Below, piece after piece: positions 1 through 11,866 of a stretch of 64,000 nucleotides of DNA. The notes below the pieces were generated by a model. The model had not been told where the DNA came from. It searched no databases and saw only the letters and a program-made list of their open reading frames with translations. The stretch's first letter is position 1; every line of letters starts with the position of its first letter. Source of the stretch: Antedon mediterranea (lineage: Eukaryota; Animalia; Echinodermata); assembly GCF_964355755.1 (NCBI RefSeq), contig NC_092672.1:15376001-15440000 (forward strand). The letters are read 5' to 3'. Made by a program: the position numbers and the translations under genes.

Positions 1-2459
1 TGCTGCATGAAAGTGTCTTTTCCGGCCAATTAAGTGCCATTTATCATAAATTTTATGTGTGAAAGTACCATTTCCAGCCATCTAGTGTGTCTAGGGTGTC
101 ATTTAACTAAATTAGGGGGAGGGGGGCAGTGACCCAAATACTTATTGTCCCTTGAGAGATCCTGGCTACGGCCCTGTGTATGGTAACATTTTTCTACTCC
201 GTAAATTGGAGAACAAAATGGTTTAAGTTTGGTTTGAATTTTTAAGGATTTCTCTATCACATTATTATTTTTCCAAACTTTTAGTTTTAGTTGTCAATTG
301 AACAATTGAAACACACAATCTCTCTCTTTTTCAGTCACCTATGCAATTCTTATTTAAAATGATTGACCATATTTATGTGCCAGTTAACTGATTGAAATTA
401 CCCAAAATACTCTAGAAAGCTACATTTACAGCATCCTAGATCCACCCCTGGAAGCAGTATTTGAATTATTGAACTAATACTTAATAGTGATAATATTTTA
501 CCAACTTAATGAATTTTTCTTTTGTAGAGTACAAATGGAAAACATGGAAACATATAAATAAAATCATATTTATTTTGTACTTGAAATGCATAAATTGTGT
601 TCTAGGTGATATTTAAGTGGTACCTTGAAAATAATAAATTACAACTAGTTTTCAATTAAATTGACTTGCTGAAAGATAGTTGTCATGATATTTCTGTAAT
701 GCATATGTGATGTGCATGAGTAGAAGTAATTCTGGAATTTATAATGGTAACTATGACAATTTGAAACAGGTAAATGATTCATGTTATGGCCACCAGGGCT
801 TTTACAACATATACTATTGCTAGTTAAAGTTATGTAGGTCTTGTATTATATAGATACATTTCACTTATATTTGTAGCATTTTTATTTAGAGACTATGAAT
901 ATACATGAATGAAGTTACATTACTTTTTAAAGAATTAGGTATTATCTACGTTACATTACAAATAATGAAAAACATCTAACAAACATCTAATATAAATGAA
1001 AAAATGTGAAAATTTATAATTGAATTTAATTAATAAACTCATTATATTTAATTTATATTTTTTTAATTTATACCATACTTAATACTGTACAATTACAGAG
1101 ATTCCTGTACATTCTAAAAAATTATACTTGAATTTGTGGTTTTAAAGGGGACCTAAATTGATAAATGTTACATACTGTATACAATTAAAGATTACAACTT
1201 GTTTTCGTTACAATATGAGCTTTCATTAATTTAATTAAACAGTTATCAGGTAATTAGCTGACATCTGATTGCACAAAGACTTTATGACGCCACAAAAGGT
1301 TCACACAATCTTAATCGTGACAATACACACGCAGTATCCTGGCATGTAATCGAGAAATAGAATTGTCTATCTTTAGTAAATTGCTTTAATACACATTAAT
1401 AATGCTGTATGACACCAGGGAGCACAAATAAAGGTTACCGTATACAAAGAAAAAAAAGGTTACATTTTTATTCTTTGCCACTACAAAATAAGGAATTTCT
1501 ATGAAAGACTTGAAAGCATAGCTTTTAAAAATAACACCCTGCTGCATTTTAAAAGATGATGCTGTCCCTATATTGTTTGATTTTTAAGCTATAAAAAAGC
1601 AACAATAAATGCTAGACCTACCCTGACAGAGTATCCGACGACATGGAGTGTCAGCGATGGCGTATTACAATTATAAAGGCTAGAGAGAAAAATGCTACAC
1701 TTTAAAGCCTAGTCCCCTATCTGTCTTCGTGTTTTCAAATATTATTAGGTCTATTATCCAGAATAACGATTATCGTGCTACAGAATCCATCTTGCTATTA
1801 TTGTGACCAGACGTAACAGTACAGCATTGGCGTTTGTTATCATTGTTTTTTCTGGCGCCCATCCCTATACACTGTGGTGGTTTTTTTTTTCAATTTTAAG
1901 CGGTGAAAAAATCAATCAATCATACAGTGATGTAGGCCAATCTTTTAAGAACGTTTTACAGAGTAATGTTTTTTCTCATACGACCCTCCATTCAGGACGA
2001 TTTTAAAATTAACATGGTGTCCTGAAATCCCTTGAAAACGCTATATTATTTTTGTTTTTTTACGCTTGGCTGGTTATGACTGTTCGCCAGCTGATTTACT
2101 TGTTGATTTATAAACACTTACTACTACTATTAAAATGACTTGCTGTAAAAACCTTAAAATATTTACCAAAACCAATGAAAAATCATTTGTTTCCAAATAC
2201 AAATAATGTGCCGTAATTAGATTTTTTATTTTTGTTAAAAGAAAAAAATAAACCACTCATATAATTTATAGATCTATTTCATGAACTGTTTTCTAAATAA
2301 ATGTTGTTGTTGAAGTAGGCCTACTGTTTGTTGTGATGTGATATTGTTAATAATTATATTATTTTTTATTATATATATTCATTAAATTGTAAATTAATTA
2401 AAAAAATTGTAATTGTTATTACTAATACTATTAATTAGCAGTAAAACGTCCCAACTTCC

Positions 2460-2660
2460 AACACACCGTGAAATTTTCAATGCAGCATGCACACTTGATG
2501 TTGTTTGGCATTAGTATAGGAGCAGTTTCCGCATTTACACCATTCACTATCTCCTGTCTTTATCTTCCAAAATCAAACATTATCAATTAGGCTACTATCA
2601 TCGTCAATTTTATCCTCTTAATCACTTAGAAATGTTTGTTAAGGTTCAAATAAGAACCCT
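2460..2660 (-). pseudogene. KolX / P2X7 cytoplasmic ballast-like Cys-rich protein remnant
   Basis: Minus strand reads GFLFEP* ... KTGDSEWCKCGNCS, then after a frameshift ILMPNNIKCACCIE. This matches the WCxCGxC...CxCCxE motif of Kolobok KolX proteins. Confidence 0.7.
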
Positions 2661-2723
2661 AATTATGGCAGGTCTGCAGTCATCATTGCAACCTTCAGCA
2701 TGTAAACCTTGCTGTGGACCTTT

Positions 2724-3666
2724 GGGCGCGTTTATACAACACGCTATTACACGCATATTCTACACGCCTACGAGAAGTGTGTTGTATAACAACAAAGAGA
2801 TTCCGTGTAATGAGATTTTAATTGCAAAAAAGGCTACTTGGCTGAATCCTAAAATTAGGTGGACTCCCGGTCGCCGTTACCGTGTTGGAAGTGTCCTCAG
2901 GGTATATTTTGACCTCTCGTTAAAACAGGTCGTAATATCAATCATGTCATGCGACGTTGCTAACAAGATTGGGCCCATTTATTGCTGCTTCGCTGCCAGC
3001 AATCATCCTCCTACCACATCTTAAGCGTGGTTCCCACTAGCGACGCAACACAAGGACGTAACGCAACGCAAGTGAATTGACCAATCACAATCGATGGCTT
3101 ATTCGCTTGTGATTGCTAACTGGCTATATAACTTCGCTCGTCATTGGTTAAAACGCTTGCGTTGCGTTTACGTCCTTGCTTTACGTTCTAGTGGGAACCA
3201 AGCTTACGCCTAGCCTAGTGGGGCCAACTCGTAGTGGTAGTAGGCCTCTATCGTTTCCCACTCCAAACAGAATAAAAAATAACATCGCAAAAATGGCATC
3301 TTCTTCCATAGTGTATAGATGAAACAATGAAACCCTTAAAATAACTTTTATTAATTTAAATGAACCGAGAACAAAATAAACAACAATGCAAACGTGAACG
3401 AATACAATAATAAAAATGGTAAAAACCGCGCGAATACATCGGACAGCGAGGAGGCGACGATGATTGTTGACAACCCAGCCAATTCAAGCGATCAACAATT
3501 TGACCTTTTATCCTAGCATGCACTGCGTGTTGATGAAACTTCCGGTACAACACGGTATCGTGATTTCTAGTATAACAGCAAACGTTAAGGTGGGTTGACC
3601 TCGGTCCGAACCACACGCTAAAAATTAAAGCCGTGTTCAAATTTAGGGTGTTGTATAAACACGACC
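2724..3666. mobile_element. Non-autonomous TIR element (PIF/Harbinger-like MITE)
   Basis: TIRs GGGCGCGTTTATACAACAC / GTGTTGTATAAACACGACC, flanked by TTT on both sides. An inverted second copy lies at 33000-33583. Confidence 0.75.
3024..3204. mobile_element. Palindromic MITE (~180 bp) nested in the 2724-3666 element
   Basis: TIRs AGCGTGGTTCCCACTAG / CTAGTGGGAACCAAGCT, internal inverted match (AAGGACGTAACGCAACGCAAG / CTTGCGTTGCGTTTACGTCCTT), TA on both flanks. Confidence 0.8.
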
Positions 3667-3977
3667 TTTGATTATGTCACATGTTGTAGCTAGGTAGTTG
3701 TAGCCTCTATCAGTCAATTTCTTTGTTAACTAGTAAAAATAAAATAAAAATGTTGTCATGTAACGGTAGTCAATCTGTCCAACATGATAAGTAAATATTC
3801 AGATTAGGTTTATTTTCACTTTAGGTCCCCTTTAAACAAAAAATTAATACAGTATGTATAGAAAAGAGAAATGCAAATTCTAAGCTCATGTAGATTTGAG
3901 AAAATTATAAATTATGGACAAAAATTCCAAATTGTGATGTTCTGATTCTTTCCATCTGAAAATATATACACATACCA

Positions 3978-5318
3978 TTAAGCTGAGAGTCTTTGTTTCA
4001 TACGTTCTTCAATCTCTGCATATGTATATGATGATTCGGAGCTGTCACCAGATACTTGTACACCTACTGAGCGCTTCCATGGTGTAGTTTCACCTGCATA
4101 AGGAGAATGAAGACTGTCTTTTGGTTCAAAGTAAACATCTGGCTGTGGAATACGTTGCCCTGTGTAATCTATAGCATGACTGCGTGTGTAAACTTGAAAG
4201 TAGCAAAGTAAAATTGCCATTATTAGTGATAGAAGAAGTAAACTTGCACCAGCAACTGATAGAATTGTTGCAGCCGGAAGCTCTGTGTACTCTGTGTTTA
4301 TGCTTTCACGATCTGGTGGTGGGTCAGGAAAAAGGTTTGGCACAATTACATCTTCACCCTCAAATGTAATGATTGTTTTGTCACTTCCAAACCCAATTTC
4401 ATTATAAACATTACACTGGATAATCATTCCTCCATAGTCCCTGTACACATTTAGCAATCTTAGAACTTGACCCTTGTTTTCAATTTCATATTTTGTAATT
4501 GGTGGAATTATAGTCCAGTTGTATGAAACAGTGGCAGGACTAGCCACACTAAAACAAACAAAGACTACCTCCTCATTAATTTTGTATTTGGGAGAGCTAA
4601 GATTGACAATAGGCTTGTAATCAACTTGAATTGGACCAAGTGAACAGTTTCTTTGGAAATTTAAATTGTCTGGTATCTTCAGTTGACACCAATAAATGGC
4701 ACCATTGTCATTTTTTGTCAGGTTCTTACTAAAGATAATTGTTATCTCATCAGTTGGTTTGCCAGTTAATGTTGTCAGGAGTGTATTTTCTCGATACCAA
4801 GTAAGACGTGGATTTGGTTGTGATCTTTCACTTTTGCATGCTATATTCAGGTTATCTCCTTCTTTGAACTTTTTCTTGGATTTTAAATAGATACATCTTG
4901 GGTAATGTTCTGCTGGTACCTCAGAAACTTTAATTGTAACACGTTCTGATATTATAATTTCCTTCTGGTCATTTCTAGTCACAGCACATTCGTAATTATT
5001 TGAACCATCTCTTCTTTGAATATTTTTAACAATAAGGTTTCTTGTTTGATGGCGGTCATCACTCGTGGCTGTTACATCATATTTATTTTTGTTATCCTCT
5101 TTTATAACATGCGATCCATTGGTGATAAGAATGCCATTAACTTTCCAAGTAACATTTTGATTGTTCGCTACATCAGACACAATACAAACAAGAATTGTTG
5201 ATGAACCTTCTTCACCAGCCACTACTGAAGGTGGTTTTGTTTGGAAAGTTACTTCTAGACTATGTTTAATTTTAAAACAAAACATTACACACATGAACAA
5301 AGTCTGGAGTGCATCCAT
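3978..5318 (-). CDS. Immunoglobulin-superfamily type I membrane protein with 3 Ig domains (CADM/nectin/Kirrel-like architecture), intronless ORF
   Basis: 446-aa ORF: signal peptide; Ig1 (LVC..W..YEC), Ig2 (IAC..W..YWC), Ig3 (FVC..W..IQC); hydrophobic TM (ATILSVAGASLLLLSLIMAILLCYF); Tyr-motif tail. Clear paralogue of 50467-51840. Confidence 0.93.
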   Translation of the reverse strand: MDALQTLFMCVMFCFKIKHSLEVTFQTKPPSVVAGEEGSSTILVCIVSDVANNQNVTWKVNGILITNGSHVIKEDNKNKYDVTATSDDRHQTRNLIVKNIQRRDGSNNYECAVTRNDQKEIIISERVTIKVSEVPAEHYPRCIYLKSKKKFKEGDNLNIACKSERSQPNPRLTWYRENTLLTTLTGKPTDEITIIFSKNLTKNDNGAIYWCQLKIPDNLNFQRNCSLGPIQVDYKPIVNLSSPKYKINEEVVFVCFSVASPATVSYNWTIIPPITKYEIENKGQVLRLLNVYRDYGGMIIQCNVYNEIGFGSDKTIITFEGEDVIVPNLFPDPPPDRESINTEYTELPAATILSVAGASLLLLSLIMAILLCYFQVYTRSHAIDYTGQRIPQPDVYFEPKDSLHSPYAGETTPWKRSVGVQVSGDSSESSYTYAEIEERMKQRLSA

Positions 5319-6584
5319 GTTCAGGCTTAGTAACGGTATACAATTACAAAAAATAAAAATTAATATCAGTACCTGTATGTTCCTTTGTCAATAAAACACT
5401 GATGATTTATTGAAAACTCTCCTCAGATTCATTGGTTTTAATCATTAAAATATAATTTCCTTCAGTAGCTTCAAAACTCCTTATAGTTGATTATGATCAT
5501 TTCCACAGCTCTTGGTGATAATTTCCTGTACCTTATTAATCTAAATCAATATGAAAGAAAACTGAAGTTTATATTGATTTCCACTTGTTTATTTATTTTA
5601 ACTTGTTTCAAAATAAAGTTGAATTTTTAAGCAACAACTATATGCATATTTTCTTTTGTCAATTGTGTATGCTGTCTTGCTACCTTAGCAAGATTCACAA
5701 CTCTAAGGCAGTGTACACCTTCACGTCTATTCATAATTTGTGCCTCGATCACTGATGTGTGATACTTTATAATAGCTTTTTAATGAACAGAGAAGTTATT
5801 TTATAAAAGCATATTGAGCATAGAGAGCACTTCTGTCTGCTTAGACATGTGACTATACACATTCAAAACTGTGTTTCTCATATAAAATATAATTATTTCT
5901 TATCAGCATTTTGTATTTTGTTCATTTATTGTCTAATCAACATTGAATGTAAAGAGAAAAAATACTAATTACATTTATTATTTACATTAAATGTCAAAAG
6001 TATAGTTTAACAGTTAAAGAAATAATCACTACAGTAATAGTACTTTTATGTCATCTATATTTGACCTAAAATTTGAAAAATGTACTATTGTCTTAATTCA
6101 CCAGAATAAAATACCATGTGGTGCAAAGCATATTGAATATTAAAAATGATATATTAAAATATTTTTATATAATACAGTTACATTCTCTAATGGATATTGT
6201 ATGCAAAAAGCAAAAGTTTCACAACTTAAGTCTCAATTCTCTCATCTTTTCACATACCGTATATAATAAAGCAAAGAATTCTGTCTAAAACTAGAGTTCA
6301 ATTATTGTTTATAATTATCATCTATGACGCTAATCTTCTTGAGGAGACATTGCATTTGCAATGATTCTCATTTGGTGGCTGATGGTCTGTCATTAACTTT
6401 TCAATCAATGTATTTACTTTTTTTTAATTCATACCTATTTATATTTTTTTATAGGATTCAACTTGTTTAGATAACACTCATATATTTATAATATAGAAAC
6501 TATATGTATAGAGCTACCTTTATTATAGAAAAAAATTTGGTAATTGATATATATATCCAATCGAGTTTGAACAATACCATGAAA

Positions 6585-6656
6585 GCCCCAGTGGTCTAAT
6601 GGTTAGGACAACTGCATATCAAGCAGACGGTCCGAGTTCGAGTCTCGGTTGGGGCG
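6585..6656 (+). tRNA. tRNA-like sequence with ATC (Asp) anticodon; probable pseudogene or tRNA-derived repeat head
   Basis: Cloverleaf: acceptor GCCCCAG/TTGGGGC, A box TGGTCTAATGG, anticodon stem CTGC/GCAG with loop ATATCAA, B box GTTCGAGTC, followed by TTTTT. Embedded between two (TA)n tracts. Confidence 0.55.
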
Positions 6657-7429
6657 ACTTTTTCTCATTCTCACAGATTTCCTCATCTTTATCGTTTCAA
6701 ATTAATTAATTAAATTTCAGTATATCACCGGGCGGTTTAGAATTACTGTTCTTTGCCTGATTTGTTTATATATATATATATATGAAATTTTCTGTGATTG
6801 TGTGCACTTTATATTTTTGTTAGTACCATGATTTTATTTTGAATAGGCCAAATCTATTAGCAAACTTGAGCAACAAATCGTGTAGATCAATAGACTGTTA
6901 ACAGCACTGAAATACATTGAATCTCCGACTCACATGTGCTAATTTTCACAAGATAAATTGCAATTGTAAAACATGCCTTAGAGCAGATGAAGCCTAGGGT
7001 GATGTTCAAAATGATGTAAACTGTGTGACTGTAGCACGTAGTGGCTTTAGTAATCAATTACATTTAGTACATTACACACAAATTAAAAGGGGCCGCTAAG
7101 TCACTGCTTCTTAATACTCTATACATGGCACCTAGAGCAAGTTGATAAGAAAGTAGTCATTAATTACCTTTTTATATGTTTTTCAATACACTTTTTGGCA
7201 TTGATTCATTTTATAAAGACAATTATTCAAAATTTTGCTGTAACATTTATAATTTAGTTGGATGTTAGGCGTGCAAATAAAATGCTTTGTATACTCACCA
7301 ATTGAAAGCCATTTCTTTGTCAATGTAAAATAAAGAAGAAAAATAGTCAATTCTTTTAATGTTAAAATGGTAGTGAAAATACTAGAGTACTGTAAGTAAA
7401 CCAATCCTGATAACAGCATTTTTATTTAC

Positions 7430-7560
7430 AGGCTAGGCCATAGCCAGCCTACGATGTCCGTACGTTACTGCTCTTCGCCAGCTAGGCCTACAAAACTAAG
7501 CATAGCTAAGCTACTAAGACCGTCTACAACATTCAACGGGTAGTTGCTACTATATTTATC
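7430..7560. repeat. Degenerate fragment of the ~620-bp Kolobok-type MITE family
   Basis: CAGGCTAGG...CCAGCTAGGCCTACAAAACTAAGC..AGCTA..CTAAGACCGTC matches 39205-39305. Confidence 0.6.
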
Positions 7561-8216
7561 GAAATGAATTATTTGAAATTCAATACTTACCTACCAATAC
7601 TACTGTTTGAATCTGTGCTTCTGAGACCGGACAGGACAACAAACAAACACAGATCATTGGATGGAAATGTCATTTATTATAATGATGAATATTTAAACGT
7701 GTATATTGGTAAAACATAAATGACATATATTAACACAAATCACTTATAAAACTTAATTATATTACATAATAAAAAATGGGTTACGCCCTATACGTTATGT
7801 CATCTGAAACCATAAATAAAATACTGCATGGATATTAGTAATCAGAATATTTAAACAAAGTATAAATCAAAGTATTAAACTCTAATTACTAAACATACTT
7901 AATATTAAGTTAACAAATTTGACTTAAGCATCAAATCTATACATCTATAAATCTACTTGAGTTATAATTAAAATACAATAAACTATGAAATTGGCTGTAG
8001 ATAAGATATGAGTCTGGTGTCATACCAAATCAAAACGGGACATTGAGTTTGACGTAGGACGTAGGTTTAGTCTTAATTAAAACAAAGGGAAGGATTAAAC
8101 CACATGCACCTCCGCTTATAAAGCCCCTCCAGCGATATGTTATGCATGACTTGGCAAATAAAGCACCCCCTATCTGGTTCTATCACCCAATCATACTTGT
8201 CTGCTAAATAACACAA

Positions 8217-8370
8217 AACAGATATTGACTGCCCAGAGGTTAAATATAAGATTTGACATCCCCGAGGGAATGATATTTTGTTTGAGGGAATATATTTCCA
8301 TCGAACAATGTATCATTCCCAAGGGGTTGTCAAATCTTATATTTTACTGATATAAAAGGCGATATCTGTT
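8217..8370. repeat. Imperfect inverted repeat / hairpin (MITE core)
   Basis: AAATATAAGATTTGACATCCCCGAGGGAATGATA pairs with TATCATTCCCAAGGGGTTGTCAAATCTTATATTT; outer CAGATAT/ATATCTG. Confidence 0.7.
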
Positions 8371-10787
8371 ATATTACATAGCCAACAACAAGTTGAATAT
8401 CTACTGCTGGGTCGGGTGTAGCTAGGCCTCTTTTGTAATAAGTCTGCCTAGTTAGTCGTTGCATTCACCTTACCTTGCAAAGAATAATATACAGATAATT
8501 AATACTAATTAATGATTCCTTGGCAATAAAATATTCACTTAGGTCTAGGTCGTTTAAATTAACAGAAGAATTTCCATCAATAAGCCTACATTAATAATAA
8601 TAATTATAATCGGGTAGGCCGAATAGTTGTTCTTCTTTGAGGAGTCGAATCACCGGATGTTCGCCGCATCGCACGTAACAGGTTACTACTGTGAGTATTA
8701 ACCAATCACAAACGGTCTTGTAATGGTGTGACAATTTATCGCGAGTTCAGGTCCCAGTAGATGACTTTTGTTTATTTATCGCCAAACGCGAGTGTTGCCA
8801 CACGAAAATTACTCCAGTCAATATCATCATCCCCTCGCAGCGGTAGTCATGTGATGCAGTTTCAACCTATCATGTTCACGTATTTACATAGACTATGTAA
8901 TATTGCTTACTATCAAATGACTGGATAACAATCGCTGTCGAATGAGATAGGTGGTAATCCCCTGACACAGGGACTATTTTGTGAACCAGTTTACCAGAGT
9001 GACCCCCTACTTGTCTTGAATGATGAACTGCACAATAGGAAAACTGTCTACTATAGCCAAGAAGACTTGTTTCTACCACCAGACCCATGATGATATTGTT
9101 GTCACTTTTGGTATGCCTTAACCGCTGGGCAATTTGACTCGCTAAAGTGAACAATGTACAGACATTGAATACAATGTATGCTACACAGGCAACAAACCAT
9201 GTGCTCCTGTCACCCGAGTTGTAACAATTAACAGGAGCATGTGTTTAATTATTTTTCAATTACCATAACTAATTTGTTTACTTTAAAAATAAATATCATT
9301 GTACAGTGTATTTGTGTTTTATCATCCAACCATAGAGCAACAAAATATAGTTTAATCCACTAGAATTAAACATACATAATCTGATCCCAATGCGTTTTGC
9401 ATAAACCCAGGCTGGGTAGATGAATATAGGGTTCAATATCATATGTGTTTTAATACAAATGTAAAAACTGCATTCTCATAATAATTTCTTTTCATGTCCA
9501 TTATTGATTAAAAATTGTAGTGCCAACTTTAATTGCAACAGCTAAAGACAATTATGAGAGAACTATTAGAAAGAAAATTACATATGCATCTTACTGATTG
9601 CTATTTTGTCATGCATGCTAATTGACTGCAAATAAATGCATGCTTTGATATATGTTTTCAGTATAATACTGTATGCAACAGCTTATAACATTTTTTTCAC
9701 ATTCTTAGCAGAAAATTCTTTTTGTATGGTTTTTGATGTGTGCAGTGGAGAAAGATTTTAGAATTTTAAAAATAGTTTTTGTCTAAAAAATGTGTGCAGA
9801 AAATTATATATGAAATCAAATTTTACTGGTTTTCAATTTATTGCCATTTCAAATAGACAGATACAATATATATGAATAATTTGAAGTTACAAAATTGATG
9901 TCATTGGATAGATATAGTTATAATTTTATTTATTCTACTTTTTATATGCAGAGTGCCACTAGTATCCTTTTGTATATTTGTTTACCCTATATTCAATTAC
10001 ACTTTTAAGTAAGTGTTTGCAAAAAATGATATGAGTTAATGTGTATGTAATTTAAATATTATTATATGTGTGTACTCATTTTTAGAGCTCATTTTCATTT
10101 TTTATTTCAGATCTCTTATTAAAGAAAACAATTCAATTATGATTTAAGAGAGGAAATGTAATTATTGAAGCACAAATAAAGAACTATCACAAAATATCAT
10201 TTAGGTTGTTTTTCTAGAGCCCAGGTTTATTGTAGATGTAATTACTTAATGTGAATACTTGTGCTTTGTGCATTTATTAAAGTTTAATGCATACATAATT
10301 TGTTTGACTATTCAAAATTGTCTTCTTTAATGCTATGGTAATTTTAATTAAGGATTCTTAAGAGAAATCATAAAATCAATATTTAGAAATACTAATAATC
10401 ATTCATTCAAACTCTTCTTTTTCATCTACATATTCTTTGAAAGATAAATGATTAAAGCCTGTGTTCCTGTCGACATAACGTTACGACAAGTTGCGTTGAA
10501 TTTTCAAATCATTACACTGTTGAAAATGAATAATGATAACGATGATCGAGCAGGACCGCTAATCTTTACACATTTGAACGCGATCGTTGGGTTTCTCTTT
10601 TTTGTTTATCATGTGAGGTTTGAATTGAGCAAAATTTTTTCTTAAATAAAAGGAGCGAGATACCTAATACCTTACCTGCTGTATACTGAAACCACAGATT
10701 TTTTTAAGGTTTGATTTAAATTTGTGAAAATTTGGTAATGATTTAAAGGATAATTGATTTAAAAATATTTATTGAAATCCAAGCTAA

Positions 10788-11866
10788 CCCTTTCACTGTG
10801 GTAATACCGAGTACAATCAAATGTCATTGAACCGCAAATACACGGTAAAACCGAGTTATTTAATCATATTTTCCTATAATATACAGCACAGTATTTACAT
10901 ACAGTAAACAATATGTTTACGATAAACTTGAATATATTTGCAGTGCATTAAAAATAGTTTCAATAACAACATGCGCCCTCTATAGTTTTCAATTTCATCT
11001 TGAAATTTTGATTTCAATTTGCATCCTTTATAGTAAGTTATCTATCACAATAAAATGTTGTTATTTCTACGATTTTGCTTAAAAAACTTGATTTGTGTGT
11101 ACTTTTTTAAACCGTTGATATTTTATTTATTTTATCATCATTATACAGTGGTAAAAAATCATTCCGTAAGGAAATTTTGATTTCAATTTGTGCCCTCTAT
11201 ATAGTTTTCTCAAAGTAAAATGCTGTTATTTGTATGATTTTGCCTAAAAAACTTGATTTGTGTGTACTTTTTTATAAACTGATGATATTTTCATTTATTA
11301 AACGTACTGCATCATTATACAGTGGTGAAAAATCATTCTGTAATGAATTTCTTTCATAAAAGCAGTTTTTATCCTTGATTTGGTATAAAATGAGATTCAA
11401 TATGCCTCCCATGCTGTCACATAATATGCTAATTACCAAATTTTACCCACCGCCTTAGGGCAACATCGTGTTTATCCCAACATGCAAAATAATTTTTTGG
11501 AAAAATTATTCTACGATTTTGCCCTTTAATTTTTTATAAAACGATAATAATTCAAATTTGTTGATATTATTTGTTATACATATCTTCATCCATATCAAGT
11601 GGAAAAACTTTATTCTACAAGAATTTCTTACAGAAAAAAATAGTTGTTATCATTGATAGGTAATCAAAATAACTTTAATGACGTCATTATATGCAAATTA
11701 TTATTTTTTTTACTCCCAACCTTTTACCCACCACACACCACAAAAATAATAATAATAACAACATTATCTCATTTAGTTTTTTTTTTGCAATATATTAAAA
11801 AACCACCCATTTTTCATAAATAAATGTTACGTACAGAGGTGGGACTAACACTCCCCAGTGAAATGG
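10788..11866. mobile_element. piggyBac-like non-autonomous element
   Basis: Termini CCCTTTCACTG / CAGTGAAATGG with CTAA/TTAA flanks. Internal ~170-bp direct repeats (11000-11170 vs 11170-11345). Confidence 0.5.

Larger units (their letters stand above)
1146..3831 (-). mobile_element. Kolobok-type DNA transposon (decayed), host to nested MITEs
   Basis: TIRs AGGGGACCTAAA (1146) and TTTAGGTCCCCT (ends 3831), each flanked by TTAA (1142-1145, 3832-3835). AG..CT termini with a TTAA TSD are typical of Kolobok. Contains a KolX-like remnant. Confidence 0.8.

Noticed and set aside
1-177. End of a hAT-like MITE (…CTGGCTACGGCCCTG)
   Set aside because: Only one terminus is in the window, so the TIR pair and TSD cannot be verified.
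2632-3640. ORFs 2632-3024 and 3356-3640 as genes
   Set aside because: They lie within MITE sequence and have no recognisable domain.
3978-5318. Assigning a vertebrate gene symbol (CADM, NECTIN, KIRREL)
   Set aside because: The architecture is similar, but the tails lack those families' recognisable motifs and orthology cannot be shown by eye.
4184-5394. Plus-strand ORFs overlapping the IgSF gene
   Set aside because: Short antisense shadows of the real coding frame.
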